Origin: Candidatus Woesearchaeota archaeon
Lineage (GTDB): Archaea > Nanobdellota > Nanobdellia > Woesearchaeales > DSVV01
Direction of reading: 5' to 3'
Assembly: GCA_018303325.1 (NCBI GenBank)
Contig: JAGVYH010000067.1
Span: 4,167-68,166, forward strand
DNA length: 64,000 nucleotides
Shown here: positions 9,176-19,419 of the stretch, in pieces
How the letters are laid out: each line of letters opens with the position of its first letter
Position numbering within the stretch: the stretch's first letter is position 1
Made by a program: the position numbers and the translations under genes
The notes under the pieces: model-generated
The model's input: only the letters and a program-made list of their open reading frames with translations
The model's database searches: none
What the model was told of the DNA's origin: nothing

Positions 9176-9970
9176 TTATTCAGTTGTTCCTGCTTCTGAT
9201 TCAGACTCAATTGTTACATCTTCTTTTTTCTTTCTAGTTTTTTTAGCTTTTTTTGAATCTTTGTCTTCTTCAGCGCCTTCTGATTTATGCTTTTTTTCCT
9301 TTGCATCTGTTTTCTCTTTTACGATAGATTCTTTTGCAGTTTCTTTTGCGTTTGCTTCATTTAGTTGCTGCTCTTCGCTTTTTATTGAAATATCGTCTGG
9401 AAGCACAGTATCAGGCGGCATAATTCTTACCTGTATGCCTACAGTTCCGCTCTTTAATTGCGCTGCTCTGTACGCTGTTTTTACGCCTTCTGTTGCAACT
9501 GTGCCTGATTTTTTAAGGTAACCTTGATAAAATCTCCATTTTTTTGCCCTGCTGCTTGGAATTTTTCCTGAAATAAGTATTTCAATACCTAACGCACCAG
9601 CATTCATAACATCTTCCATTGCTTTGTGCCCAATTGCTTTAAATCTCATTGGCCCAAATTTTTCAAGTGAATTTGCAATTCTTTCTGCAATAATATTAGC
9701 GTCGACATTAACGTCTTGGATCTCATTAATTTCTATCTGTGGATTTTCAAGATTAAACTTTCTTTTCAATGTTGAAGTTAATCTTCTTATGCTCTGCCCT
9801 TTTCTGCCGACAATCATGCCAGGTCTTGAAGCTGAAATAATAATCTTTTCGCCCATAGGAGTCATTTGAAGTTTTACACCGCTTAAGCCAACTCTTTTTA
9901 GACTGTCACATACATATTCCTGAATCTCAAATTCTTTTAGTTGCTGGTCAACAATTTTTCTTACAATCAT
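9176..9970 (-). CDS. rps3: 30S ribosomal protein S3 (uS3) with a Lys/Glu-rich C-terminal tail
   Basis: KH-domain uS3 sequence. Confidence 0.9.
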   Translation of the reverse strand: MIVRKIVDQQLKEFEIQEYVCDSLKRVGLSGVKLQMTPMGEKIIISASRPGMIVGRKGQSIRRLTSTLKRKFNLENPQIEINEIQDVNVDANIIAERIANSLEKFGPMRFKAIGHKAMEDVMNAGALGIEILISGKIPSSRAKKWRFYQGYLKKSGTVATEGVKTAYRAAQLKSGTVGIQVRIMPPDTVLPDDISIKSEEQQLNEANAKETAKESIVKEKTDAKEKKHKSEGAEEDKDSKKAKKTRKKKEDVTIESESEAGTTE

Positions 9971-10050
9971 TTTATCGCCCTTAACTATTTATGTTTAACA
10001 TTTATTGAATTATTATTCATTTATTGAATTTCATTTATGGTTATAATTAT

Positions 10051-10650
10051 TTAGTTATGATCATGTTTAACTGCAGCTGTTGCAGATGTTTTTGGTTTTA
10101 AATTATCATTTTTTAAATTTGAATTATGCATTTTCTGTTCTTGTTTTTGTTCTTGGTTTTTTATATCTGATTTTACGTGCTTTTCTTTTGATTTGGTTTC
10201 TTTTGTATCTTTCTTTTTTGTTTCTTCGAGCACAACTTCAATGTGTGTTCTTTTCATCTTTCTACCCCTGTGTCTTCCAAAGTGATATGGCGTAGATGCT
10301 TTATGGGCACAGATATGCCTTATTACCATATTTCCCGGATTCAATCCTTTGAACTGCGCATTTGCTTCTGCTGATTTGATAACTGATAAAATTTCAGTTG
10401 AGGCACTTTTAGGATATCTCCCAGGTCCAATTTTGGTTTTATGTGCAACATGCATATTAAACCTTCTGTATGGGACTGCCATTTTTTCGTCAATAACATC
10501 ATTGAGCATCTTTTTAGCTCTTTCAACAGGCTTGTGTCTGATAAATGTGCATATCTCAGCACTTTCTTTAACAGAGATTGGCAGTGAATTGCCAACAGCT
10601 CTTGCCATAAGCTCCTGATTGTATTGATTAAATGCATATTTGTATCCCAT
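10051..10650 (-). CDS. rpl22: 50S ribosomal protein L22 (uL22) with a C-terminal low-complexity extension
   Basis: uL22 core AVPYRRFNMHVAHK..IGPGRY. Confidence 0.9.
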   Translation of the reverse strand: MGYKYAFNQYNQELMARAVGNSLPISVKESAEICTFIRHKPVERAKKMLNDVIDEKMAVPYRRFNMHVAHKTKIGPGRYPKSASTEILSVIKSAEANAQFKGLNPGNMVIRHICAHKASTPYHFGRHRGRKMKRTHIEVVLEETKKKDTKETKSKEKHVKSDIKNQEQKQEQKMHNSNLKNDNLKPKTSATAAVKHDHN

Positions 10651-10705
10651 TTTGTTGACCTGTTGATTTGTCTCTTTGCTTTGTTACATATTTTTTTTAT
10701 TAAAT

Positions 10706-11089
10706 TTATCTCACTGAAATACTTGAGCTTGATTTTGTAGCACCAATACCTGGGGCATTGTGGCTAACTTTTCTTCTTGTCATTACAAACTCACCAAGAT
10801 AATGACCTAACATTTCTACTGTAATAGTTAATGGAACAAACTCTTTACCGCTGTAAATCATAATATTTCTATCCAATAATTGCGGTATAACAATCATGTT
10901 TCTGCAGTGTGTCTTTACATTATTCCCTTTTTTTTCCAATTTTTTCAAAAAACTTTTTTGAGCATCACTAAATCCTTTGAGCAAAGATCTTCTCTGGCGT
11001 GCTGGAACTAATTGAGCAAACTCTTTTATACTCATCTGTTTAAGTTCCTCTTGCGACTTACCATAAAATTTCAATTCCCTTAATGCCAT
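10706..11089 (-). CDS. rps19: 30S ribosomal protein S19 (uS19)
   Basis: MIYSGKEFVPLTITVEMLGHYLGEFVMTRRKVSHNAPG. Confidence 0.9.
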   Translation of the reverse strand: MALRELKFYGKSQEELKQMSIKEFAQLVPARQRRSLLKGFSDAQKSFLKKLEKKGNNVKTHCRNMIVIPQLLDRNIMIYSGKEFVPLTITVEMLGHYLGEFVMTRRKVSHNAPGIGATKSSSSISVR

Positions 11090-11142
11090 GATTACACCTT
11101 AAATTATTTATTTAATTATTCATTAGTTGTTTAGTTATTTTT

Positions 11143-11856
11143 TTATTTCTTCTTCCTGCCTGTTCTTCTTGCTCTAATCATACCTACCTTTCTTCCTGGT
11201 GGTGCGTTCTTTGGAGCAACTCTGGCTTTTGATTTTCTTGAAGATCTCTTATTACCGAAAGGATGATCTACAGCGTTCATTGCACATGATGCTGTTCTTG
11301 GATATAAATGATTCTTTGCCTTCATCTTGAAGAACATTGTACCAGCTTTCAGGAATGGCTTTTCTGTTCTGCCGCTTCCTGCGACAATACCGATTGTTGC
11401 ACGGCAGTTTAAATTAAATGATTTTTGTTTCTTTGATGGCAATAAAACAATTGTTTGATTTTCCATCTGTGAAACTATTCTTGCGAATGTTCCTGAACTT
11501 CTGACAAATTTACCGCCGTCGCCTGGGACATTTTCAATATTATAAATAAGCGTACCTTCTGGAATATCTTTTAATGCCAATGTATTTCCTAATTCCAGTG
11601 TTTTGCTTCCATTTTCAATTATTTGATTAACACAAATATTTTCAGGGGCAATCATTAATGAAGATTCGCCATTTTCATATTCAACTTTTACCAATGGAGC
11701 GCTGTGCGCTGGACAATGAATAATATCAATAACAGTGCCTTTGATTGGCTCTTGCGCAATAGCAGGATGTTTAGCTGCGCCTTTAAAATTAAAGGATGGG
11801 CATCTGTATGTTGTGCTTCCTTTTCCTCTCCTTTGTGCAATGATTCTTTTACCCAT
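11143..11856 (-). CDS. rpl2: 50S ribosomal protein L2 (uL2)
   Basis: uL2 C-terminal motif MNAVDHPFGNKRSSRKSKARVA. Confidence 0.95.
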   Translation of the reverse strand: MGKRIIAQRRGKGSTTYRCPSFNFKGAAKHPAIAQEPIKGTVIDIIHCPAHSAPLVKVEYENGESSLMIAPENICVNQIIENGSKTLELGNTLALKDIPEGTLIYNIENVPGDGGKFVRSSGTFARIVSQMENQTIVLLPSKKQKSFNLNCRATIGIVAGSGRTEKPFLKAGTMFFKMKAKNHLYPRTASCAMNAVDHPFGNKRSSRKSKARVAPKNAPPGRKVGMIRARRTGRKKK

Positions 11857-11973
11857 TTTATCCTCGTGAACAGTTTAATTATTTTGTTTGTTTTTTGTAT
11901 TTTATATGATTTGCAAGTTTTATTTCAATCTTTTCTATTTGTTTATTATTAAATTAATATAATTAAAGATACA

Positions 11974-12237
11974 TTACATTATACCCAGTTTAGTTGCAAC
12001 ATCTATTGCTGGTTTGTCCATTGGCAGCTTGATTATTGCTTTTTTTGTACCTTTCGAAGTTATCAGCGTATTAACTTTTACTGGCTTTATTTTAAACATC
12101 TCTTCGAATGCTGTTTTTATCTCTTCTTTGTTTGCTCGTCTTTCTACCATAAATACTAATTTATTCTCTGATTCCATCAACCTAATTGATTTTTCAGTTG
12201 ATAATGGATGTTTTAAAATCATAAATGAATCCGTCAT
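11974..12237 (-). CDS. rpl23: 50S ribosomal protein L23 (uL23)
   Basis: PLSTEKSIRLMESENKLVFMV. Confidence 0.9.
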   Translation of the reverse strand: MTDSFMILKHPLSTEKSIRLMESENKLVFMVERRANKEEIKTAFEEMFKIKPVKVNTLITSKGTKKAIIKLPMDKPAIDVATKLGIM

Positions 12238-12265
12238 GATTGGCTCCTCATTATCTTATTTTTTT

Positions 12266-12458
12266 GTTATTAAGTATGTATTAAGCCTACCCTAATTTTG
12301 TCAGCTTTGCTATCATATCTCGTAAGACTATCAGGAAAGCGAAAACCATCGGTAAACTCAAGTTCCTTTGCTATAATGTTCGATTATTTTGCACTTTTAG
12401 TATAAATAATCAGGTTTTCGCCAAAGCTGACTGGTAGGCTTAATACATACGTTATTAA
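12266..12458 (+). mobile_element. MITE (family B, copy B1) inserted between L4 and L23: 18-bp perfect TIR plus 8-bp TSD
   Basis: TIR is GTATGTATTAAGCCTACC (12274..12291) pairing with GGTAGGCTTAATACATAC (12433..12450). Direct repeat GTTATTAA flanks it at 12266..12273 and 12451..12458. The internal core shared with B2 and B3 is TGTCAGCTTTG...TCTCGTAAGACTAT...GCGAAAAC...GTTTTCGC...CAAAGCTGAC. Confidence 0.8.
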
Positions 12459-12524
12459 TTGTTATTATTAGTTTTGATTATGGTTTTTAATTTGTTTTTT
12501 GTTTTGACTTATTTTTATGCAAAT

Positions 12525-13328
12525 TTAGGATATAAACAATTTTTCCTTGTCTAATCTTTCAATTGCACTTTCTGTGAATAATGTCAGTCTGCCTATCTTA
12601 CAGCCAGGTGCAAGCAATTCAGCATTAAGTTTTGATACTTCAACAACATCAATGCCCGGCAAATTAAGCTTTGATAAATTACATTCTTTCGATACCACTA
12701 ATAATGGCCCTTTTCTCTTCTTGTATTTTCTTCCTCTCATTTTGCCTTTACCAGCCCTTACTTTTTTTACTGCTGCTCTGGTAAGGTCTTCTTTAAAACC
12801 CAATGTTTCCAAAATATTCTGAAGATTTTGTGTTTTGGTTATATCTTCAAGTTTGTTCTCGACTATAAACGGATAATCTTTTGGTACTTTGTGCCCTCTT
12901 TCTTCAACCAATTGGGGAACAAGTGTTGCAGCAAGTGCGCTTCTTATCGCTTTTTGCCTTTCTTTTCTGTTGATTTTAAGGTTCCATTGTTTGTCTGCTT
13001 TTGGAGGATGAGATCTTCTACCGCCAACTGTGCCTGGAGCAACTGCACCAACCCAGTTAAATCTTATTCCTCTGTGCGACATAATTTTTCTAGGAACTCT
13101 TGAAATACCATGACCATAACTTGTTTTATACCAATGTCTTCTTCTTGAAATCTTTGCACTCTGTCTTTTACCAGCTTCTGTGAAAGCACCATATGGCTGC
13201 CTTTTATTTGACCAAATTGAAAAAACAGCCCTCTCTATTAAGTCTGACCTGATTAATTCACTGAATTGCACAGGCAGTTTCTTTTTTCCGACGCTGGTTT
13301 TTGTTATTGAATACACAGGTAATTCCAT
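12525..13328 (-). CDS. rpl4: 50S ribosomal protein L4 (uL4)
   Basis: Archaeal uL4/L1e family sequence at the cluster position. Confidence 0.9.
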   Translation of the reverse strand: MELPVYSITKTSVGKKKLPVQFSELIRSDLIERAVFSIWSNKRQPYGAFTEAGKRQSAKISRRRHWYKTSYGHGISRVPRKIMSHRGIRFNWVGAVAPGTVGGRRSHPPKADKQWNLKINRKERQKAIRSALAATLVPQLVEERGHKVPKDYPFIVENKLEDITKTQNLQNILETLGFKEDLTRAAVKKVRAGKGKMRGRKYKKRKGPLLVVSKECNLSKLNLPGIDVVEVSKLNAELLAPGCKIGRLTLFTESAIERLDKEKLFIS

Positions 13329-13393
13329 TTTATATCCTCATGACATTTTGTTCATACTACATTTATATTAATATTACATTGAATTTAGTATAT

Positions 13394-14401
13394 TTACTTA
13401 CCTTGACTTGAATCTAAATGAATATAATCTATTGCTGGTGCTTCTTGCGGTGATTTATTTCCAGTAGTTCTGCTTGGGAAATTAAATCTTAATAATCTTT
13501 TTTTATGCCCTGAAAGCGAACCTTTGATTAAGACATAATCACTTTTTACAAGACCATAACTTAAAAATCCGCCTTTAGGATTAATCTCATCTACTTTGTC
13601 AGATATTTTTAATAGCCATTTATTATATTCAGTTCTTGTGTGAAAACCCATCCTTCCTGCATGTGCTACTCTGTACATCATATGTCCTTGGCCTCTCCAT
13701 GCACCTAAGCTACCTGGACCTCTTTTGGTTTTTTCTGCTTTATGCTGTCTTATCATAACACCAAATCTTTTAACAGGACCTTGGTAACCTTTACCTTTGG
13801 TTACGCCGTGAACATCTAATAATTGACCCGACTTGAAAACTTCACTTACCCTGATTTCCTTGCCAACATGTTCTTGAACATATTTCAACTTTTCTTCGTT
13901 TGGACCGCCAAGAGCTAATTCAAATACTTCTGGCTTTTTTTTACTGACGCCGGCAAGTTTTGGCTGTGTATAAACATTTATGCGAACATCATCATAGTCA
14001 GTGATTGCGATACTATTCAATTTTTCCTGTGATTCTTGTGCTGATATTTGTGTTTTTGGCAAACTAAGTTTTCTGCCTAATTCTTTATCGGCGTTAAACA
14101 TAATCTCTTTTTTTAGAACCCATTTATTTACATCATATTTGTAGAACCGAACAGAAAGAATCTTTAAAGGGGGGCATTCAACAACAGTAACCGGACAAAA
14201 AAGCTCCTCACCTTTTGTTTTGGATGTTTTTTTGTTATCTATAATAATAGTGTGTGTCATACCAACTTTGTAGCCTGCAAATCCTAATGGGGTTGCTTGT
14301 GCTACAATAGGCCAAGACCTAACTCTGGGATAAATTCTTATTGCCTGTTTTCTAGGCCAAAACTGCATTGAGCCTGCCCTTGATTTGTGTGGTTGTCCCA
14401 T
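13394..14401 (-). CDS. rpl3: 50S ribosomal protein L3 (uL3)
   Basis: uL3 sequence (FKAGMTH-like GYKVGMTH), first gene of the cluster. Confidence 0.9.
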   Translation of the reverse strand: MGQPHKSRAGSMQFWPRKQAIRIYPRVRSWPIVAQATPLGFAGYKVGMTHTIIIDNKKTSKTKGEELFCPVTVVECPPLKILSVRFYKYDVNKWVLKKEIMFNADKELGRKLSLPKTQISAQESQEKLNSIAITDYDDVRINVYTQPKLAGVSKKKPEVFELALGGPNEEKLKYVQEHVGKEIRVSEVFKSGQLLDVHGVTKGKGYQGPVKRFGVMIRQHKAEKTKRGPGSLGAWRGQGHMMYRVAHAGRMGFHTRTEYNKWLLKISDKVDEINPKGGFLSYGLVKSDYVLIKGSLSGHKKRLLRFNFPSRTTGNKSPQEAPAIDYIHLDSSQGK

Positions 14402-14866
14402 TTTAAACCTTTAATTTGATTTTTTGTTAATTTTATCCTTTAATTATATTATTATTTTAATTTAATTGATTGTTTATTATGTTTATTGTATTTCTTATTT
14501 ATTTGCTGTAATTTTAGACTCTTATCTCTAGGCCTAGGTAGGTTTCAATAGTTTAAACAGCCTATTGATAGCGCTTTTCAAGAAGATAAGTTGTAACATA
14601 AACGATTTATGTAAACAACATATTAGGTTGATTCGCTTTTTCAGGCCTAAGTTATTGTCTATACGCATTTAATATTATTAGATTTAAATGCTGTCTAATG
14701 ATATTTTAGGTAAAAATGGTAGGTTATTTATAAAGGTTGTTGTTTTGTGTAGATGTGTGTGTTATCTCTTTTAAGAATAATGCTATGCACATATTGTTTT
14801 TATACCTAAATTCCTAAATTGTCAAAAATTAGGGTGTTTTGAGTATAAAAAACAAGATAAAAAAAG

Positions 14867-15028
14867 CGGGCCTGATGGGATTTGAACCCACGACCTATTC
14901 AGCGATAATAAGCACGAATTAAGTTACACACTCATTATCTCAGCTTAGAAGGCTGTCGCCCTATTTGCATTACGTGTAAACCCATTAAATTTAGGAATTT
15001 ACAGGTATCCAGGCTAGGCTACAGGCCC
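14867..15028 (-). tRNA. tRNA, probably tRNA-Arg(UCU), carrying two putative introns (~44 nt in the D-loop region and ~45 nt at the variable-arm/T-arm junction)
   Basis: Acceptor stem GGGCCTG/CAGGCCC with discriminator G. T-arm GTGGG-TTCAAAT-CCCAT. Anticodon stem-loop CAGC-CTTCTAA-GCTG, giving anticodon TCT with U33 and A37. Total 162 nt, so ~90 nt of intervening sequence. Confidence 0.6.
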
Positions 15029-15122
15029 ATATGAATAAAAAAGTAGATAATAGTTTATAAAGTTAATGAAAAGTTCAGTAATAAATATTGGAATGAAGAA
15101 TTAGAAATTGGTTTTATTCGTT

Positions 15123-15311
15123 CTATTTTCCACGTATATTCTCAAATTTCAACGGCTCTCTGCAATAATTGCAATGCATCTCTAAAAAACATTCAACAAG
15201 CCAAGATTCAACATCATTAGTCATATTGCAGGATTTACATTTAATTGAAATATATTTTAATGTGTTGCCATCTTCGATTCCATAGGGTAATCTTTGAATT
15301 ATATCAACCAT
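15123..15311 (-). CDS. Small zinc-ribbon protein (62 aa), hypothetical
   Basis: CKSCN...CNYC with four Cys in two CxxC pairs. No homology recognised. Confidence 0.3.
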   Translation of the reverse strand: MVDIIQRLPYGIEDGNTLKYISIKCKSCNMTNDVESWLVECFLEMHCNYCREPLKFENIRGK

Positions 15312-15524
15312 TGCTCACCTGCCGTTTCTGTTTTGAGTGAGCCAGATAGTTGTTTATTAAAGTTTGCATTAGTAGTACTATTGTGTATAATGTTACAGAT
15401 AGTAGTTATAACACAATATCGAAAAAGCGTTATTAAACACAAAATCGACAATAAATATTTATATAACTTAATTTAGAATAACCATTGTAAAGGTAAATGA
15501 GATAAATAAATGAGGTGAATCTAG

Positions 15525-17195
15525 TTGAGAAAAGCTCAAAGTGCTGCAGGAGCAGCAGGATTAGTTGCATTACTAGCTGTTTTTATTGTACTATATATGT
15601 TATTATTGCCGCCGCAGGAAAGGGCAAATTTGCTTGGTGAACAATCTACAACAGGTACAGGCAATGGCGCAAACCAAAACTTGCCATCCGGCGCATTTAC
15701 TATTAATAAGACTGCTTTAACAGCTTCTCCTGGAAGAATTGAATATCTTAAATTCAGCTCTTACGATCATCCTTTACCTGCTGTAAATTTATACACGACA
15801 ACAAGCGCAAAAATATTGGCTAAGGAAGAGTCGTTATATATTAAGAATGGTATCTTTGATTTTCTGTCGCGAAACGTAACATTTAAAGTTGCAGATTTAG
15901 AATACACTGACAATGTTTTGTTATCAGCAAATACTGAAAAAGCACAGGGTAGATTAAGGATTTATTTAAACAATGTTGTTATTTATGACGGCGACGCAAA
16001 TCCTCTGCCAGTGATAAATATAGACAAAGAGTTTCTCCAGGCAATGAACACTATTTTGTTTGAAGTCAGCCCTGTTGGCTGGAAATTCTGGACAACAAAT
16101 GAGTTCACTCTGACAAAATTTCAGGTAACAGCAAATGTGATGGATGTAAGCGAACAAACAAGCAAGACATCATTTATCGTAACAGACACTGAGAAATTTA
16201 ATTTAGAAAAAGCCGCATTAAGATTTTTCCCTGACTGCAATCCAAGTGACGTCGGTAAATTAAAAATTTATTTTAATAACCAAAATATATATTCCTCTAT
16301 ACCTGACTGCTCGCAGTTAAACCAGCTTGATTTGTCACCTGATTTAATGTCGAGCGGCACTAATGATGTAACCTTCAAAACAGATAAAGGATATTATACT
16401 GTCTCACAGCTAAATGTCCACACTGAATTGAAAAAACAAACATATCCAGTATATTATTTTGAATTGGATGAAAGATTGTTTGTTGGCGAAGAAGAAGACA
16501 CAAATGCATGTGGAGAGGTTGACGGCGTCTGTCCTGCTAATTGCGATGAAGATCTTGACAGAGATTGCTGTTTTGAAACAGGCAACAAATACTGGTGCGA
16601 TGTTGTGCCAAATGAAGAAGGCGACAGATGCATCGCAGTTGTAAGCAAAGATGTTTGTGGACGATGTTTAACTGGGTATGAAGACAGCACTAATAATGCT
16701 CCTGATACATGTAAAAGCCTTTGTGGTGATGATAAAGACAATAAATGTCCTGTTGGCTGCAGTAAGAATTATGATAAAGATTGCTGTTTTGCAGACAATA
16801 CTGACAATTATTGGTGTGATAATGTTCCAATCTATGGCATAGATCAGGTATGCAAACATTCTCTGACACAGTCACAATGTAAAGATTGCGCAGGAAAATA
16901 TAAAACAAAAACAGGCGAAAGTTATAGTTGTGAAGATGAAGAAGAAACAGATATTAAAACACTAAGAGATGATTTTGAGGTGTTTATTATGTTTAGGTTC
17001 CTTGACGATAAAGAGCATAAGGCAGCAAATATTTATGTCAACGGCCACAAATTTTATCTTGACACTTACAAAGGCGAATATAAGAAAGCTGTAAGCAATT
17101 ATATTGGGCCTGGAAGCAATGCAGTCAAGATTGAGCCTGACATAAGCACATTGGACATTATAGAGCTAAAAATAGAAGTGCAACCAAAAAAGTAA
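15525..17195 (+). CDS. Secreted or surface Cys-rich protein with an archaeal pilin-like (class III) signal peptide; TTG start
   Basis: N-terminus (M)RKAQSAAGAAGLVALLAVFIVLYMLL. SD GAGGTGA lies 9 nt upstream of TTG. Two internal copies of the Cys module CPxxC..D.D.DCCF....YWCD.VP. Confidence 0.7.
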   Translation: MRKAQSAAGAAGLVALLAVFIVLYMLLLPPQERANLLGEQSTTGTGNGANQNLPSGAFTINKTALTASPGRIEYLKFSSYDHPLPAVNLYTTTSAKILAKEESLYIKNGIFDFLSRNVTFKVADLEYTDNVLLSANTEKAQGRLRIYLNNVVIYDGDANPLPVINIDKEFLQAMNTILFEVSPVGWKFWTTNEFTLTKFQVTANVMDVSEQTSKTSFIVTDTEKFNLEKAALRFFPDCNPSDVGKLKIYFNNQNIYSSIPDCSQLNQLDLSPDLMSSGTNDVTFKTDKGYYTVSQLNVHTELKKQTYPVYYFELDERLFVGEEEDTNACGEVDGVCPANCDEDLDRDCCFETGNKYWCDVVPNEEGDRCIAVVSKDVCGRCLTGYEDSTNNAPDTCKSLCGDDKDNKCPVGCSKNYDKDCCFADNTDNYWCDNVPIYGIDQVCKHSLTQSQCKDCAGKYKTKTGESYSCEDEEETDIKTLRDDFEVFIMFRFLDDKEHKAANIYVNGHKFYLDTYKGEYKKAVSNYIGPGSNAVKIEPDISTLDIIELKIEVQPKK

Positions 17196-17403
17196 TAAAT
17201 TAAGGTTTATTTCTTTTATTTGTTTATTTATTTTATTAGTAGAAGTAACTAGTATTATGACAACTTAATTTTGTAACATATTAATACAGGTACCTTTTGG
17301 GTATTATGCAGTTATTTGTCTGAAAATTAAATTGTCAAGCTGCTAGCAACATAGTTTATAATACTTATTTGTGTTGTTGTATAGTTATTAATATTTATTA
17401 TTT

Positions 17404-18492
17404 ATGGGTGTGATAAAAATTTTAACAATAAAAGTTCCATTAAAAGATGCCAACAAGGTTAAAACAATTCTTATAAGAAACGAGAATCTTGACAACAGTT
17501 ATAAAACATTAAAAGAAGGATTATTTGTTTATTTCCCTGTAAAAACCCTGTTTAAAACAAAATATGAACTCATTAATAAAGAGCTAGAAACACTTGAGCA
17601 TCTGCCGCATTCACTTAAAGATGCACTTAAAAATATTCTTACAAAAGATGAGCTGGAAAAAGTCAAGACAGCATATGATTGTATAGGAGATATAGCTATA
17701 TTAGAGATTGATCGAGAACTCAGAAAAAAAGAAAAAGAGATTGCGAACGCTTTATTAAATATAAGAAGAGATATTAAAACAGTTGTAAGGAAAGAAGGCA
17801 GCCATGAAGGAACATTCAGAGTTCAGAAAATGAAATATCTTGCTGGAGAAAACAGAAAGGAAACTATACATAAAGAAAACAATATCAGATTAAAATTAGA
17901 TATAGAAAAGGTATATTTCTCACCGAGGCTTTCACTGGAAAGAATGAGGATTGCTGAACTTGTCAATACTTCAAAGAGCAGAGAATCAAAGAATAAAAAG
18001 TCAGAGAAAAAAGAAGATATTCTTGTAATGTTCAGCGGATGCGCGCCATATTGCTGTGTCATTGCAAAAAATGCGGCTGAAAAAATAAATTCAATAATTG
18101 GTATTGAGATTAACCCTGAAGGCCATAAATATGGTATAGAAAACATTAAATTAAATAAGCTTGACAATGGGTGCAATATAAATTTAATTAATGGCGACGT
18201 AAAAAAAGAAATTCCTAAACTGGCAAAGATGGGAAAAAGGTTTGACAGAATCCTTATGCCTCTGCCAAAACACGCTGAAGATTTCCTGCCAGAAGCATTA
18301 GCTGTCAGCAAAAAAGGAACAATTATTCATTTTTATGATTTCTTGCACGAAGAAAAGTTTAATGATGCCTTAGAAAAAATAAAAAAAGTGTGTGATAAAG
18401 CAAAAAAGAAATGTAGAATACTGAAAATAGTTAAATGCGGCCAGCATTCTCCAAGAACATTCAGGATTTGTGTGGATTTTGAAGTAATGTGA
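17404..18492 (+). CDS. trm5: tRNA (m1G37) methyltransferase, Trm5/Taw2 (Met-10+) family
   Basis: Class I SAM-MTase of the Met-10+ family. DCIGDIAILE, VMFSGCAPYCCVIAKN, GIEINPEGHKYGIENIKLNK. Confidence 0.7.
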   Translation: MGVIKILTIKVPLKDANKVKTILIRNENLDNSYKTLKEGLFVYFPVKTLFKTKYELINKELETLEHLPHSLKDALKNILTKDELEKVKTAYDCIGDIAILEIDRELRKKEKEIANALLNIRRDIKTVVRKEGSHEGTFRVQKMKYLAGENRKETIHKENNIRLKLDIEKVYFSPRLSLERMRIAELVNTSKSRESKNKKSEKKEDILVMFSGCAPYCCVIAKNAAEKINSIIGIEINPEGHKYGIENIKLNKLDNGCNINLINGDVKKEIPKLAKMGKRFDRILMPLPKHAEDFLPEALAVSKKGTIIHFYDFLHEEKFNDALEKIKKVCDKAKKKCRILKIVKCGQHSPRTFRICVDFEVM

Positions 18493-18551
18493 GATAGTGA
18501 ATAAGACTACAAACGAATTTCAACAAAATTATTTACACCACCCAAAAATTA

Positions 18552-19172
18552 TTAAATTCTATAGTTATTATTTCTTATTGACATTCCTGTTGAATCAAAT
18601 TCAGCTTTAAATCCTCTTTTCATTACATATTGCCCAAAATCATAAATGACTTTGGCCATCGCAAATGTTATTGCCCCGTTAGGATATTGTTCTTCTATCA
18701 ATGCTCTCCTTTGGTCGGTTGTCTCAATTGCTCTTTCAATTGTTGAGAATTTTTCCGATTTAGGAAGAAAATCATTTATTTGATAGGGATGAAATCTAAC
18801 TAACAAACCATATCTTGGCTTATTACCATAGTACAAGTAAGTTCTATTAACTTGAACAATCACAATTTTATCATCAACATTATAATAGTTTACTTTACTA
18901 TGATACTCATATCCAACATCATTTTTTTCAAATGATTCTCTTAAACTAAATGTTTGAGGAAAAAATTCATCAGAAGTTGCTGATGCTTCAATGTCAGACA
19001 CCACTGTTTTAAATATATTTTCCTTCTCGTCAAATTCATCATCATCTTGGCCATAAAAAACAATAGAATAATTATCTAGAATTCTAAATTCTAATTTTAA
19101 TTTTTCTTCATCTTTAACCTCTAACGCTGATTTAAGACCATTTAAATAATCTTCTAAATTAATTTTCGCCAT
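18552..19172 (-). CDS. Hypothetical protein (206 aa)
   Basis: Long ORF with host-like composition. No recognisable motif. Confidence 0.5.
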   Translation of the reverse strand: MAKINLEDYLNGLKSALEVKDEEKLKLEFRILDNYSIVFYGQDDDEFDEKENIFKTVVSDIEASATSDEFFPQTFSLRESFEKNDVGYEYHSKVNYYNVDDKIVIVQVNRTYLYYGNKPRYGLLVRFHPYQINDFLPKSEKFSTIERAIETTDQRRALIEEQYPNGAITFAMAKVIYDFGQYVMKRGFKAEFDSTGMSIRNNNYRI

Positions 19173-19419
19173 AATAAATGTAAGTTAAGGTCATTAATAA
19201 ATATTTACTTTGTGGTTTCATGTTATGCTCCAAAATAAATTGCTTATCATCGTGAAAAGATATATAAACTATAATCGAATACATCTATTGCGCGCGATGA
19301 GATTGTGAACACCATGAGAGCGAAAGCAATGATCGACGGAAGTAACTTTCGAGCGCGCAACTTATATCTTAACTTTTTGGTTTGTTTAGTTGGTTGCATG
19401 TTTCTTAGCTTTTTTCTTG

